This document shows positions 9,449-19,700 of a stretch of DNA of 64,000 bases, piece by piece (the first letter of the stretch is position 1; every line of letters starts with the position of its first letter). The notes below the pieces were generated by a model. The model was not told the origin of the DNA and did no database searches. It saw only the letters and a list, made by a program, of their open reading frames with translations. The position numbers were made by a program, and so were the translations under genes. This DNA is from Gemmatimonadota bacterium (GTDB lineage Bacteria; Gemmatimonadota; Gemmatimonadetes; Palauibacterales; Palauibacteraceae): contig OZ220691.1 in NCBI GenBank assembly GCA_965116475.1, forward strand, positions 768,001 through 832,000. The letters run 5' to 3'.

Positions 9449-10552
9449 ATGAAAGCGCCTTCACTTACGCTCGGGATCGAAGAGGAATACCAGGTCGTCC
9501 ACCCGGAGACCGGCGAACTCACGTCGTTCATCACCGAGATTCTCGAAGGGGATCCGGAGACGCGCGACCAGATTCACCCGGAGCTTCACCAGGCCTGCGT
9601 GGAGACGGCAAGCGAGGTCTGCCGGGATGTGGGGGAGGCGCGCGAGGAGGTGCTGCGCATGCGCCGCCTCGTCAGCGCCAGGGTCGCCGAGAAGGGACTC
9701 GCCATCGTGGCCGCGGGCACGCATCCCTTCTCGACCTGGGAGCAGCAGGACATCACGCCGCTCGACCGCTACGTCGGATTGCGGGAGGACCTGCAGCAGG
9801 TCGCCGAACGGAACCTGATCTTCGGCACCCACATCCACGTGGGCATCGAGGACCGCGACTTCATGGTCGACGCGATGAACGTGTCGCGGTATTTCCTCCC
9901 CCACCTGCTCGCGCTCTCCACGAGTTCCCCGTTCTGGGAAGGATCGAAGACGGGGCTGCACTCCTACCGCAGCATCATCTGGCGGAATTTCCCGCGCACC
10001 GGCATCCCGATGAGCTTCGGAAGCTGGAACGAGTACGAGCACTTCATCGAGACGATGGTCCGCTCGAATACCATCCCGGATTCGAGCAAGATCTGGTGGG
10101 ACGTCCGTCCCAATCACAAGTTCCCGACGCTTGAATTCCGCGTATGCGACATGTGCACGCGCGTGGAGGAAGTCGTGTGCATCGCCGCCATCTTCCAGGG
10201 GATCGTGGCGAAGCTGTGGAAGCTGCGGCGGGACAACCTCACCTTCCGCCAGTACCCCGAGGTGCTGCTCGCCGAAAACAAGTGGCGCGCGGCCAGGTAC
10301 GGGCTGACCGGCAAGCTCATCGATTTCGGGCGGCAGAGCGAGCACCCCGCGTCGGACCTGATCATCGAAATCGTCGAGTGGTTTCTCGACGACGTGGTCG
10401 ACGAACTCGGCACCCGGGCGGAGGTGGAATACGCGCTCCGGATCATCCGGGAAGGGTCGAGTTCGCAGCGGCAAGTCGCCGTGTACGAGGAGACCGGCGA
10501 CGTGCGGGCCGTGGTCCGGCACCTCATGGCGGAGACGCTCGAAGGCGTCTGA
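9449..10552 (+). CDS. Carboxylate-amine ligase (YbdK/GCS2 family)
   Basis: TLGIEEEYQ, AAGTHPF, FGTHIHVG, STSSPFW, WWDVRP, TLEFRVCD. Confidence 0.92.
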   Translation: MKAPSLTLGIEEEYQVVHPETGELTSFITEILEGDPETRDQIHPELHQACVETASEVCRDVGEAREEVLRMRRLVSARVAEKGLAIVAAGTHPFSTWEQQDITPLDRYVGLREDLQQVAERNLIFGTHIHVGIEDRDFMVDAMNVSRYFLPHLLALSTSSPFWEGSKTGLHSYRSIIWRNFPRTGIPMSFGSWNEYEHFIETMVRSNTIPDSSKIWWDVRPNHKFPTLEFRVCDMCTRVEEVVCIAAIFQGIVAKLWKLRRDNLTFRQYPEVLLAENKWRAARYGLTGKLIDFGRQSEHPASDLIIEIVEWFLDDVVDELGTRAEVEYALRIIREGSSSQRQVAVYEETGDVRAVVRHLMAETLEGV

Positions 10553-10595
10553 GGGCCGCGCTCGCGCGGCGGCGCGGGCGGCGCTCGGAGCTCAG

Positions 10596-11996
10596 CTACA
10601 TCATGCCGAGCTCCCGCGCCGTGCGATCGATGCCCATGCGGGCCTTCGTCACGAGTTCGTCGATCTCGTCGCGGGTGATGGTGAGCGGCGGACTGGTGCA
10701 GATGACGTCGCGCATGGCGCGGAACACGACCCCCTCGTCGTAGAGGTGCTCGTGACAGAGGGCGCCCACCTCGCCCATGGGCTCGAACAGTTCCCGGTTC
10801 GCCTTGTCCTTCGAGAGTTCGACGCTGGCCACGAGTCCGACGCCCCGCACCTCGCCCACGAGCGGGTGATCGTTCAACTCCCTCAGCCGCGCCTGGAAGT
10901 AGGGTCCGGTGTCCTCCCTCACCCGGTCGACGACCCCCTCCTCTCTCATGATCCGGAGGTTCTCCAGGGCGACGGCCGCCGCGACGGGGTGGCCGGAATA
11001 GGTGTACCCGTGCGGGATCACGCCCCCTTCGGCCAGAACGCCGAACACCGCGCCGGTCATGAGCACGGCGGACATCGGGAGATAGCCGGAGGTGAGTCCC
11101 TTGGCGATCGTCATCAGGTCGGCCTCGATCCCGAACTTCTGCGCGCCGAACCACTCCCCCGTGCGGCCGAAGCCGGTGATCACTTCGTCGCAGACGATGA
11201 GCACGTCGTTCTCGCGGCAGATGCGCTGGATCTCGGGCCAGTAGTTGTCCGGCGGCACGATGACGCCTCCGGCGCCGATGACGGGCTCGCCGATGAACGC
11301 CGCCACGCGGTCCGCGCCGAGCTCCGCGATCTTCTCCTCCACGGCCCGCGCCGCCCGCGCGCCGGTCTCCTCCGGGGTCTCGTCGGGCGCCCCCATGGCG
11401 AACCAGTAGGGGGGCATGACGTGCTCGAAGCCGGGCAGCGGCAGGTCGCCCACCGCGTGCATGGCCTCGAAGCCGCCCAGGCTGGCGGCGGCCATCGTGC
11501 TGCCGTGATACGCGTAGGTGCGACTGATGAACGTCTTCTTTTCGGGCTTCCCGCGGAGATCCCAGTAGCGGCGGACGAGACGGACGATGGTGTCGTTCGC
11601 CTCGGAACCGGAACTCGAGAAGAAGGTGTGCGCGATCGGGCCCGGCGTGAGTTCCGCGAGGACGCGCGACAGCTCGATCGTGGCCGGGGGCGCGGAACGG
11701 AAGAACGTGTTGTAGTAGGGAAGCTCGACCATCTGGTCGTACGCGGCCCGCGCCAGTTCCTCCCGTCCGTAGCCGAGGTTGACGCACCACAGGCCGCCCA
11801 TGCCGTCGAGGATGCGCCGGCCGTCGGAGTCGATCAGGTGGCGGCCCTGCGCGCCCACGATCACGCGCGTCCCCTTCTCGGCCACGACCCGGGGGTCGAC
11901 GAAGGGGTGGACGTGATGGCGTCGGTCGAGGTCCTGCCATAGAGCCGTTGCGGTTCCGGCGGGGTTCGCCGTGGCGGGGTTCGTCGTGGCGGTCAC
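10596..11996 (-). CDS. Class III PLP aminotransferase (omega-amine/putrescine:pyruvate type)
   Basis: GGLWCVNLGYGR, SGSEAND, AYHGST, DEVITGFGRTG, AKGLTSGYLPM, HGYTYSGHP; GTGA overlap with the upstream gene. Confidence 0.92.
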   Translation of the reverse strand: MTATTNPATANPAGTATALWQDLDRRHHVHPFVDPRVVAEKGTRVIVGAQGRHLIDSDGRRILDGMGGLWCVNLGYGREELARAAYDQMVELPYYNTFFRSAPPATIELSRVLAELTPGPIAHTFFSSSGSEANDTIVRLVRRYWDLRGKPEKKTFISRTYAYHGSTMAAASLGGFEAMHAVGDLPLPGFEHVMPPYWFAMGAPDETPEETGARAARAVEEKIAELGADRVAAFIGEPVIGAGGVIVPPDNYWPEIQRICRENDVLIVCDEVITGFGRTGEWFGAQKFGIEADLMTIAKGLTSGYLPMSAVLMTGAVFGVLAEGGVIPHGYTYSGHPVAAAVALENLRIMREEGVVDRVREDTGPYFQARLRELNDHPLVGEVRGVGLVASVELSKDKANRELFEPMGEVGALCHEHLYDEGVVFRAMRDVICTSPPLTITRDEIDELVTKARMGIDRTARELGMM

Positions 11997-13321
11997 GCGG
12001 CGCCTCCTGGTGTAGTGTCGCAAGAATCCCGCGGCCCTTCGAGCGGGGCGGACAACATATCAGCCGACGGTGGCTCGACGAGCCCGAGCGCCGCGTGGAG
12101 GAGGACGTTGGCGCCCGCCTCCGCCTGTGCCGGCGTGATGTTCTCCGCCTCGTTGTGGCTGATGCCGCCTTCGCAGGGGACGAAGATCATCCCCGTCGGG
12201 GCGACATCGTTGGTGTGCACGGAGTCATGTCCGGCGCCGGCTGCCATCTGCATGGCGGAATAGCCGCAGAGATCCGCCGCCGCGCCGACGGCGTCGATGC
12301 AGCGGCCGGAGAACCGCACCGGTGGAGAGCGCCACACGTCATCGAGCCGCCATGCCGCTCCGCGTTCGATACAGGCCTGCTTCGCCGCCTCGCGCAGGCA
12401 CGCTTCCATGTCGTCGAGGGTCGAATCGTCGGGGTGGCGGAGGTCCACGCTGACCGTCACGCCTCCGGGCACGGTGTTCCGCGAGGCCGGCTCCGCCGCC
12501 AGGACGCCGAAGGTCAGGCGTCCGCGCGGCGCGAAGTCGCCTTCGATGCGGCGAAACGCGTCGACGAGAAACCGGCCGAGCACCGCCACCGGATCCGTCC
12601 GCCGCGACATCGGCGTCGACCCGGCGTGCGCTTCCTCTCCCTCGATCGCCAGGTCGAACCAGCGGGCGCCCTGCACCCCGGTCACGACGCCGATCTCGCA
12701 TCCGTTCTCCTCCAGAATCGGGCCCTGCTCGATATGCAGCTCGAGCGCGGCGGCGAGCGGACGGCCTCCGACCGGGAGAGCGCCGCGATAGCCGATGCGG
12801 TCGATGGCGTCGGACACCGTCACGCCGTCCGCGTCCGTCGCGCCGAGTGCGTCGGCGAGATCGAAGCGGGCCGAAAACACGCCCGAGCCCATCATGGCGG
12901 GCGGAAACCGCGCGCCTTCCTCGTTCGTCCAGTTCACCACTTCGATCGGGCGAGCCGTCCGCACCCCGTGCTCCTCGAGCGTTTCCACGACCTCCAGCGC
13001 CGCGAGCACGCCGAGCGGCCCGTCGAACCGGCCCCCCGTGGGCTGGCTGTCGAGGTGGCTCCCGAGCACGAGAGGGGCTAGACGATCGGCGGCGGCATCC
13101 GTCCCGTCCCGCCGGGCGAACATGTTGCCGATCCCGTCGACCGACACCGCGAGGCCCAGCGACTCGGCCCACGCCCGGAAGAGATCGCGCGCCCGACGGT
13201 CCTCGTCGCTCAGGGCCAGCCGGTGGACGCCCCCGGCCGGAGTGGCCCCGATGCGCGCCATCTCCTCGAGGCGTCCCCACAGCCGGTCCCCGTTCACCCG
13301 GAGTTCCGAAATCGCGGTCAC
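11993..13321 (-). CDS. Zn-dependent M20 amidohydrolase (N-carbamoyl amino acid/beta-ureidopropionase family)
   Basis: GSHLDSQPTGGRFDG, NEEGARF, ELHIEQG, AHAGSTPM, GAGHD, ISHNEAE. Confidence 0.92.
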   Translation of the reverse strand: MTAISELRVNGDRLWGRLEEMARIGATPAGGVHRLALSDEDRRARDLFRAWAESLGLAVSVDGIGNMFARRDGTDAAADRLAPLVLGSHLDSQPTGGRFDGPLGVLAALEVVETLEEHGVRTARPIEVVNWTNEEGARFPPAMMGSGVFSARFDLADALGATDADGVTVSDAIDRIGYRGALPVGGRPLAAALELHIEQGPILEENGCEIGVVTGVQGARWFDLAIEGEEAHAGSTPMSRRTDPVAVLGRFLVDAFRRIEGDFAPRGRLTFGVLAAEPASRNTVPGGVTVSVDLRHPDDSTLDDMEACLREAAKQACIERGAAWRLDDVWRSPPVRFSGRCIDAVGAAADLCGYSAMQMAAGAGHDSVHTNDVAPTGMIFVPCEGGISHNEAENITPAQAEAGANVLLHAALGLVEPPSADMLSAPLEGPRDSCDTTPGGAA

Positions 13322-13349
13322 GGCCCGGGGTTCGCCAGCGAGCGTCTCA

Positions 13350-14294
13350 TCAATGGGCCGGCGGTGGCGTACCGGTGAGGACGGCCGTGACGAGGAGGAG
13401 CAGACCCGCCGCGCCCAGTTCGACGGTGACCGTCGGTGGGAGACGGGGCGGATCTCCGGCGTCCGCGACCCGGCCGGGAGCGCGCCGCCAGTTGTAGGCG
13501 CCGCAGCCCGCGATGCCGAGGATGACGAGGAGCTTCAGGCTCAGCGTCCGGCCGTAGGGCTCGCTCCAGAGCGCCGAGACCGCCCCGAGGTGGAGCCACG
13601 CCGCGAAGAGTCCGGTGACCGCGATGACCGCCGCCGAGCCCAGCGCGAGCGGCGAGAAGGCCGAGATCCACTCGACGACGCGGCGCCTCGAGATCGAAGC
13701 TCCCCGGCGCCGGCCGAGCACCAGGACGGCGGCCATCACGGCCAGCGTGCCCAGCCACGCGCCGCCCGCCACCATGTGGAAGATGTCGGCGGTAATCGCC
13801 GGGGTGACGAAGTGTTCGGCGCCGGCCGCATGCCCGGCCAACGCCGGCGTGTACGCGAGGAGCGCCACCCCCGCCATGGCCGCGATCCAGCCGAATTCCG
13901 CCCGCGGGCCCCGCGCGGCGGCGAGGGCGAAGGCAAGCCCGGAGAGCACGACCGCCGTGACCTGAGCGAGCCACGCGCGACCCCAGGACGTCCCGGTCAC
14001 GAGCAGGCGGACTTCCGCCCCCAGCGGCTCGAACGGATCGCGAAAGACGCTCACTTCCGCCGCGAGGCGACCCAGGGCGCCCGCCCCCGCGAGCAGTACG
14101 GCGAGACCGCCGATCCGCGCGGCCAGCCGCTCGGGCCCCACGCCGACGGCATCATCATCCTCCTCGGAGTCGAACCCGGGGAAGCGCCTGAGGACGACCA
14201 GCTTGAAGGCCACGGCCCCCACCGCGCCGAGCAAACCGGTGAACAGCGCCCAGCGCGAGAGCGTTCCGATCAGGAACCACAGTTCGGTAACCAA
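13350..14294 (-). CDS. CopD-family copper resistance membrane protein
   Basis: Multi-TM; LAGHAA, HMVAGGAWLGTL, YGRTLSLKL, C-terminal LTGTPPP. Confidence 0.82.
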   Translation of the reverse strand: MVTELWFLIGTLSRWALFTGLLGAVGAVAFKLVVLRRFPGFDSEEDDDAVGVGPERLAARIGGLAVLLAGAGALGRLAAEVSVFRDPFEPLGAEVRLLVTGTSWGRAWLAQVTAVVLSGLAFALAAARGPRAEFGWIAAMAGVALLAYTPALAGHAAGAEHFVTPAITADIFHMVAGGAWLGTLAVMAAVLVLGRRRGASISRRRVVEWISAFSPLALGSAAVIAVTGLFAAWLHLGAVSALWSEPYGRTLSLKLLVILGIAGCGAYNWRRAPGRVADAGDPPRLPPTVTVELGAAGLLLLVTAVLTGTPPPAH

Positions 14295-14295
14295 A

Positions 14296-14370
14296 TGGGC
14301 GAAGAGGGATTCGAACCCCCGACCTCCTGCTTGTAAGGCAGGCGCTCTGAACCGGCTGAGCTATTCGCCC
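14296..14370 (-). tRNA. tRNA-Val (TAC)
   Basis: GGGCGAA acceptor stem, TAGCTCAG D-arm, anticodon loop CTTACAA, GGTTCGAATCC T-arm; CCA not encoded. Confidence 0.97.
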
Positions 14371-14448
14371 CGAATCGTGGCCGCCCGCACGGCGCAAGCC
14401 TCGGCCGGCCCGTCGCCATCGGCCCAGCCGGCCTCCGCGGAACTGTTG

Positions 14449-14673
14449 CTAGCCGAGCTTGCGCCAGCCGAGGATCAGTCCGGCGGGCAGGAACACCGCA
14501 TAGCCCAGAATGAGCAGGAGCGGCGCGGCCGTCACGGACCCGCGGTCGAGCAGCACGTACCCGGCGGCGATCGACGTGAGGCCGAGCGCGAACGCCGCGT
14601 AGTTGGCCACTCCGAACTGGAGCCCCCGGGCGGGGGCGCTCCCGCTCCGCCGGTCGCGTCTTCCCTGGTTCAT
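14449..14673 (-). CDS. Small two-TM hypothetical protein
   Basis: 74 aa, two hydrophobic helices, downstream of rluD on the same strand. Confidence 0.65.
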   Translation of the reverse strand: MNQGRRDRRSGSAPARGLQFGVANYAAFALGLTSIAAGYVLLDRGSVTAAPLLLILGYAVFLPAGLILGWRKLG

Positions 14674-14746
14674 GCGGAAACGCTAGACGTCCCTCCGACA
14701 TGCGTCAACCATCGCGGCGGCGCGTTTGCGGCGCCCCCGGTGCGCC

Positions 14747-15748
14747 TCACGAGGTCGCCCGGGCCCATTCCCCGGCCTCCAGGAGCGGCGGGGGCAGCGG
14801 CGAGGCGAAGGAGAGCGTCTCGCCGGTCCCGGGGTGCTCGAACGCGAGGTGCGCGGCGTGCAGGAAGAGTCGCCCCGCCCGGCGGCGAAGCGCCTCCGCC
14901 CAGCGCCCCCCCGCGCCGCCGAACCCCCGTTCCCAGTCCGGCCCGTAGACGGGGTCCGCGACGACCGGGTGTCCGAGCGACCGGAGGTGTACGCGAATCT
15001 GGTGCGTCCTCCCCGTGGCGAGCCGCACGGCAAGCAGTTCCGCGGCGTTCCAGCGTTCGAGGCGCTTGAAGTGCGTCACCGCGGGCCGGCCGGCCTCGTG
15101 CACGGCCATCCGCTTCCGGTCGCGCGGGTCGCGCCCGATCGGACGGTCCACCGTGAAGCGCTCCTCGTCGAGGTGTCCCCAGGCGGCGGCGACATACCCG
15201 CGCTCGATCTCACGGCTGCGGAGTGCCGCGGACAGTGCGCGATGCGCCTCGTCCCTCCGCGCAACGAGCATGAGCCCGCTCGTGTCCTTGTCCAGCCGGT
15301 GCACGATCCCGGGCCGGCGGTCCCCTCCGATGCTCGACAGGCCGCCGAGGTGGAAGAGGAGGGCGTTGACCAGCGTGCCGTCCGGATGGCCGGGCGCGGG
15401 GTGGACGACGAGTCCGGCCGGTTTCTCGACCACCGCCAGGTCGTCATCCGCGTATCGGATCTCTACCGGGATGTCTTCGGGCTCCAGCCGGGTGGAGACC
15501 GGGGGCGGCAGTTCGATTTCGATCCGGTCTCCCGCCCGCGGCCGATACCGCTTCCGCACCGCCCGCCCGCCGACGGTCACCCGGCCCTCGGAGATGAGTT
15601 GCGCGACCCGGGACCGGCTCAGCGAAAGGCGTTCGGCCAGTAGTCGGTCGAGCCGGCCGAGCCGGTCGAGGGCCGCGTCCTCGCCCTCGCCGATCTCGAT
15701 GAGCCGCCGCTCCCCCGCGCCCTCCGCGCCGGATTCGGGCGGATTCAC
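14747..15748 (-). CDS. rluD: RluA/RluD-family pseudouridine synthase
   Basis: S4 domain, KPAGLVVHP, HRLDKDTSG, TGRTHQIRVH, LHA. Confidence 0.93.
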   Translation of the reverse strand: MNPPESGAEGAGERRLIEIGEGEDAALDRLGRLDRLLAERLSLSRSRVAQLISEGRVTVGGRAVRKRYRPRAGDRIEIELPPPVSTRLEPEDIPVEIRYADDDLAVVEKPAGLVVHPAPGHPDGTLVNALLFHLGGLSSIGGDRRPGIVHRLDKDTSGLMLVARRDEAHRALSAALRSREIERGYVAAAWGHLDEERFTVDRPIGRDPRDRKRMAVHEAGRPAVTHFKRLERWNAAELLAVRLATGRTHQIRVHLRSLGHPVVADPVYGPDWERGFGGAGGRWAEALRRRAGRLFLHAAHLAFEHPGTGETLSFASPLPPPLLEAGEWARATS

Positions 15749-15749
15749 T

Positions 15750-16340
15750 TCACTCGGGGGCCGCCTCCGCCGCGGCGGCCGCCATCTCTCTCTCGCGCCG
15801 CCCCTCGAGCCAGAACGAGATCAGCAACAGCACGGCGCCGACCGTTACGGCGGAATCCGCGATGTTGAAGATGGGGAAACGGTGCGTGCCGATGCCGAAG
15901 TCGAGGAAGTCCACAACCCCTGCTTCCAGCCGGATGCGGTCCCAGATGTTGCCGAGCGCGCCGGCGGAGACGAGCGAGATGGCGAGGACGCGCAGCCGGT
16001 CGGAGGACGGCGTGCCGCGATAGAGGACGCCGAGCACGCCGAGCGCGACCAGGGAGAGGATGAGAAAGAAGATCCGGGAATGTTCGCCGATGTTGAGCCC
16101 GAACGCGGCGCCGCGGTTGTGCGTGTAGGTGAAGCGAAAGAAGTCGCCGATCACCGGCGTGCGCTCATACAACTCGAACGTGTTCATGACCCACGCCTTG
16201 GTCGCGATGTCCAGCGCGAGGATGACGACGATCGGAACGAGCGTCAGCCAGAGCCGGGCGGCCAGATCGCCGTTGCCCGGCAGGGCGGGCGGTTCGTGTT
16301 CGGGGGTGGCGCCGTCCCCGCCTCCGGAGGCTTCAGGCAC
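15750..16340 (-). CDS. lspA: Lipoprotein signal peptidase
   Basis: NRGAAFG, GALGNIWDR, VVDF, FNIADS. Confidence 0.95.
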   Translation of the reverse strand: MPEASGGGDGATPEHEPPALPGNGDLAARLWLTLVPIVVILALDIATKAWVMNTFELYERTPVIGDFFRFTYTHNRGAAFGLNIGEHSRIFFLILSLVALGVLGVLYRGTPSSDRLRVLAISLVSAGALGNIWDRIRLEAGVVDFLDFGIGTHRFPIFNIADSAVTVGAVLLLISFWLEGRREREMAAAAAEAAPE

Positions 16341-16710
16341 CCGTCTCCTCCTTCTCCTTGCACCGGATGCAGAGCCGCGCGTGCGGGAGGGCGTCGAGCC
16401 GCTCGAAGCTGAGCTCGTCGCCGCAGTGCTCGCACTTCCCGAACTGCTCCGGGTTCCGATAGAGCCGCCGCAGCGCCTCGTCGATGTGGTAGAGCAGCCG
16501 ACCTTCCTTGCTCGCGAACAGGAACGCCTTCTCGCGCTCCATGGCGTCCGTCCCCTGGTCCGCCATGTGGAAGCTGTACGCGGCCAGATCGCTGTCCGCC
16601 CCCTGTAGAGAACTCGTGAACTCGTCGTCGTACTGGCCGAGCTCCCGCGTCGCGCGCGACCGGGCCTCGAGCAGCCTCTTCTTGATGTGCTTTCGCTGTT
16701 CGGCGTTCAT
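16333..16710 (-). CDS. DksA/TraR C4 zinc-finger protein
   Basis: HMADQGTD coiled-coil tip, CEHC..ERLDALP..CIRC. Confidence 0.9.
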   Translation of the reverse strand: MNAEQRKHIKKRLLEARSRATRELGQYDDEFTSSLQGADSDLAAYSFHMADQGTDAMEREKAFLFASKEGRLLYHIDEALRRLYRNPEQFGKCEHCGDELSFERLDALPHARLCIRCKEKEETGA

Positions 16711-19700
16711 CCTTCTCTGGCGCGTTCGCCGACGCCGCCGATGCCGATGCGGACCTCGACGTCGTCGATCTTCACCACAGCTGTCGTCAGGCCGTCCCGC
16801 GGGGCCGACCCGGTCCGCACTTCCACGGCCAGCGTCTCGCCGGCGATGTAGTCCGCATGCGCCGACACGGCCCGCTCCAGCTCCCGCGGACCCGCCACGC
16901 CGAGGCGGATGCGGTCGGCGACCTCGAGCCCCGCATCGCGACGCAACCGCTGGACGCGGTTCACGATCTCCCGCGCGTAGCCTTCGGCGCGCAACGCATC
17001 ATCGAGCTCGGTGTCCACGGCCGCGAGGTAGCCGCTTCCCGTTGCGACGGCGAGGTCGGTGAGCGTCTCCTCCTGGATCACCAGGTCTTCGGGCGTCACC
17101 TGAACCCGTTCGCCCCCGATCTCGATGTCGAGCCGTTCCCCGTCCCTGAGCTTCCTCAGGGCCGCCGCGTCCAGGTTCGCGATCCCGGCCGCGACCGCCG
17201 GCGTACGCGCGCCGTGTTTCGGACCCAGCGCCCCGAAGCGCGGCTTTGCGTATAGCCGGGTAAGATCTTCGCTGTCGCCCAGCGACACAACCTTCTTCAC
17301 GTTGAGTTCTTCCATCGCCAGTGCCGCCATGGGGCCCGCGAGCGCCCGTCCCTCGGGCAGGACCGCGTGCAGGGCGCGCAGCGGCTGCCGAATCCGGACC
17401 CCCGCCTTTTCCCGCGCGGCGCGGCCCAGCGCCACCAGGCGCCGCACGTCTTCCATCGCCTGCTCGAGTTCGGGCGCCGAATGCCCCGCCGGCTCCGGAA
17501 AATCCGCCAGGTGGACGGACGTTTCGTCCGTGAGCGCCCGGTACAGCCAGTCGGACATGAACGGGGCGTACGGGGCGAGCAGCCGCGAGGTCGTGACGAG
17601 ACATTCGTGCAGCGTCGAGAAAGCGTCGGCGCTCGCGGCCGCGGCCCCCGGTTGCGTCGCCCAGAAGCGGTCGCGGCTGCGGCGCACGTACCAGTTCGAC
17701 ACATCGTCGAGCACGAACTCCTGGATGGCGCGCGCGCCGGCCGTGAGGTCGAACGAGTCCAGCGCTTCGCCCACGAGCCGCACGACCCGGTCGAGGCGCG
17801 CGAGCACCCAGCGGTCGAGGTCGCTCCGGTCGGACACGGGGGCCGCCGCGGAGGCGGTGTGAGACCACTCCTCTTCGTTCGCGTAGAGGGCGAAGAAGCG
17901 ATACGTGTGACGGAGGGTAGCGAACAGCTTGCGGTCGGTTTCGCGCAGCGCCGAGGGGTCCCACCGCTTCGGCACCCACGGGTTGGACCCCGAGAGGAAG
18001 TAGAAGCGCGTGACGTCCGCCCCGTAGGTGTCGAGCGCGTCGCGCGGGTCCACCGCGTTGCCCCGCGACTTCGACATCTTCCGCCCCTTCGCGTCGAGCA
18101 CCTGGTCGTTGACGACGACGGCCCGGAAGGGTGCGCGGTCGAAGAGGATCGTGGAGAGCGCGAGGAGCGAGTAGAACCAGCCGCGCGTCTGGTCGACGCC
18201 CTCGGCGATGTAGTCGGCCGGGAAGTAGCGCTCGAAGGTGTCCCGGTTCTCGAACGGATAGTGCCACTGGGCGTAGGGCATGGAGCCGGAGTCGAACCAG
18301 GCATCGGCGACTTCCGGCACGCGCCGCATCGTGCCGCCGCACCCGTCCACGAGACAGCACCACTCGTACGCGTCGATCCCCGGCCGGTGGGGATCGAAAT
18401 CCTCGGGGAGGCCGCCGACGCGGCGCCCCAGTTCGGCGAAGGACCCGAGTACCTCCCGGTGTCCGCCGTCCTCGGAGCAGAGCCAGATGGGGAGGGGGGT
18501 TCCCCAGTACCGCTCGCGCGACAGCGCCCAGTCGATGTTGTTCTGCAGCCACTCGCCCATGCGGCCGGATCCCGTCTCGGGCGGATGCCAGTCGATGGAC
18601 GCGTTGTGCTCGAGCAGACGGGACTTCACGGCCGTCGTCCGGATGTACCAGGAATCGCGCGCCATGTAGAGGAGCGCGCTGTCGCAGCGCCAGCAGTGCG
18701 GATAGCTGTGTTCGTACATCTCGCGCAGGTACAGTTGGTCGTGCGCGACGGCCCAGTCGCGGAGCGCGCGTTCGGTCTCCCGATCCTTCACGTGCATCCC
18801 GGCGATCCCGCCCGGCACGGCGTCGAGGAAGCGCCCGTCCTCGCCGACCGTGTGCTGCATCGGCAGTCCCTCGGCCTCGCCCAGCCGGAAGTCGTCCTCC
18901 CCGTACATCACCGCGGTGTGGACGACGCCGGTCCCCTCGTCGACCGTGACGAAGTCCGCCTCGAGCACCGTCCACGCGGTCTCGGAACCGGCGCCGTCCA
19001 CGGCGCCCGGGAAGAGGGGACGGTAGCTCCGTCCCGCGAGTTCGTCCGCGCGCATCGTGCCGACGATCTCATAGGGGTGCCGCAGCACCTCGGAGACGCG
19101 GTCGAGCGCCAGGATGAGCACCTCTCCGGGCGCAGCGCCGCCCGGTCCGTCGTGCGTCCGCGCGGGGGCCCTGGCGCCGTCGGTGGCGCCGTCGGTGGCG
19201 CCGTCCGCGGCTTCGGGGAGGACGCGGACCCGGGCATAGGGGATGTCGGGCCCCACGGCGAGGCCGAGGTTCCCGGGCAGCGTCCACGGGGTCGTGGTCC
19301 AGCTCAGGATCCGCGCGTCGTCCGGGTCGTCGACGAGGTGGAACTTGATGTAGACGGCGGGCTCGGTGACGTCCCGGTAGCCCTGCGCCACCTCGTGGCT
19401 CGAGAGGCCCGTGCCGCAGCGCGGACACGTCGGGATGACGCGGTACCCCCGGTACAGCAGGCCCCGCTTCTCGATCTCCGAGAGCGCCCACCAGCCCGAC
19501 TCGATGAACTCCGGCGAGTACGTGACGTAGGGTGCGCCGTAGTCCAGCCAGTAGCCGATGTCCCGGGACAGCCGCTCCCAGGCGTCCTGGTAGCGGAACA
19601 CGTTGTTCCGGCACCTGTCGTTGAATTCCCGGATCCCGTAACGCTCGATGTCCGGCTTGCCCGAGATGCCGAGCGACCGCTCGACCTCGAGTTCCACCGG

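Noticed and set aside
8994..14370. Genomic island integrated at tRNA-Val
   Set aside because: No integrase, no duplicated tRNA 3' end noticed, no obvious compositional shift.
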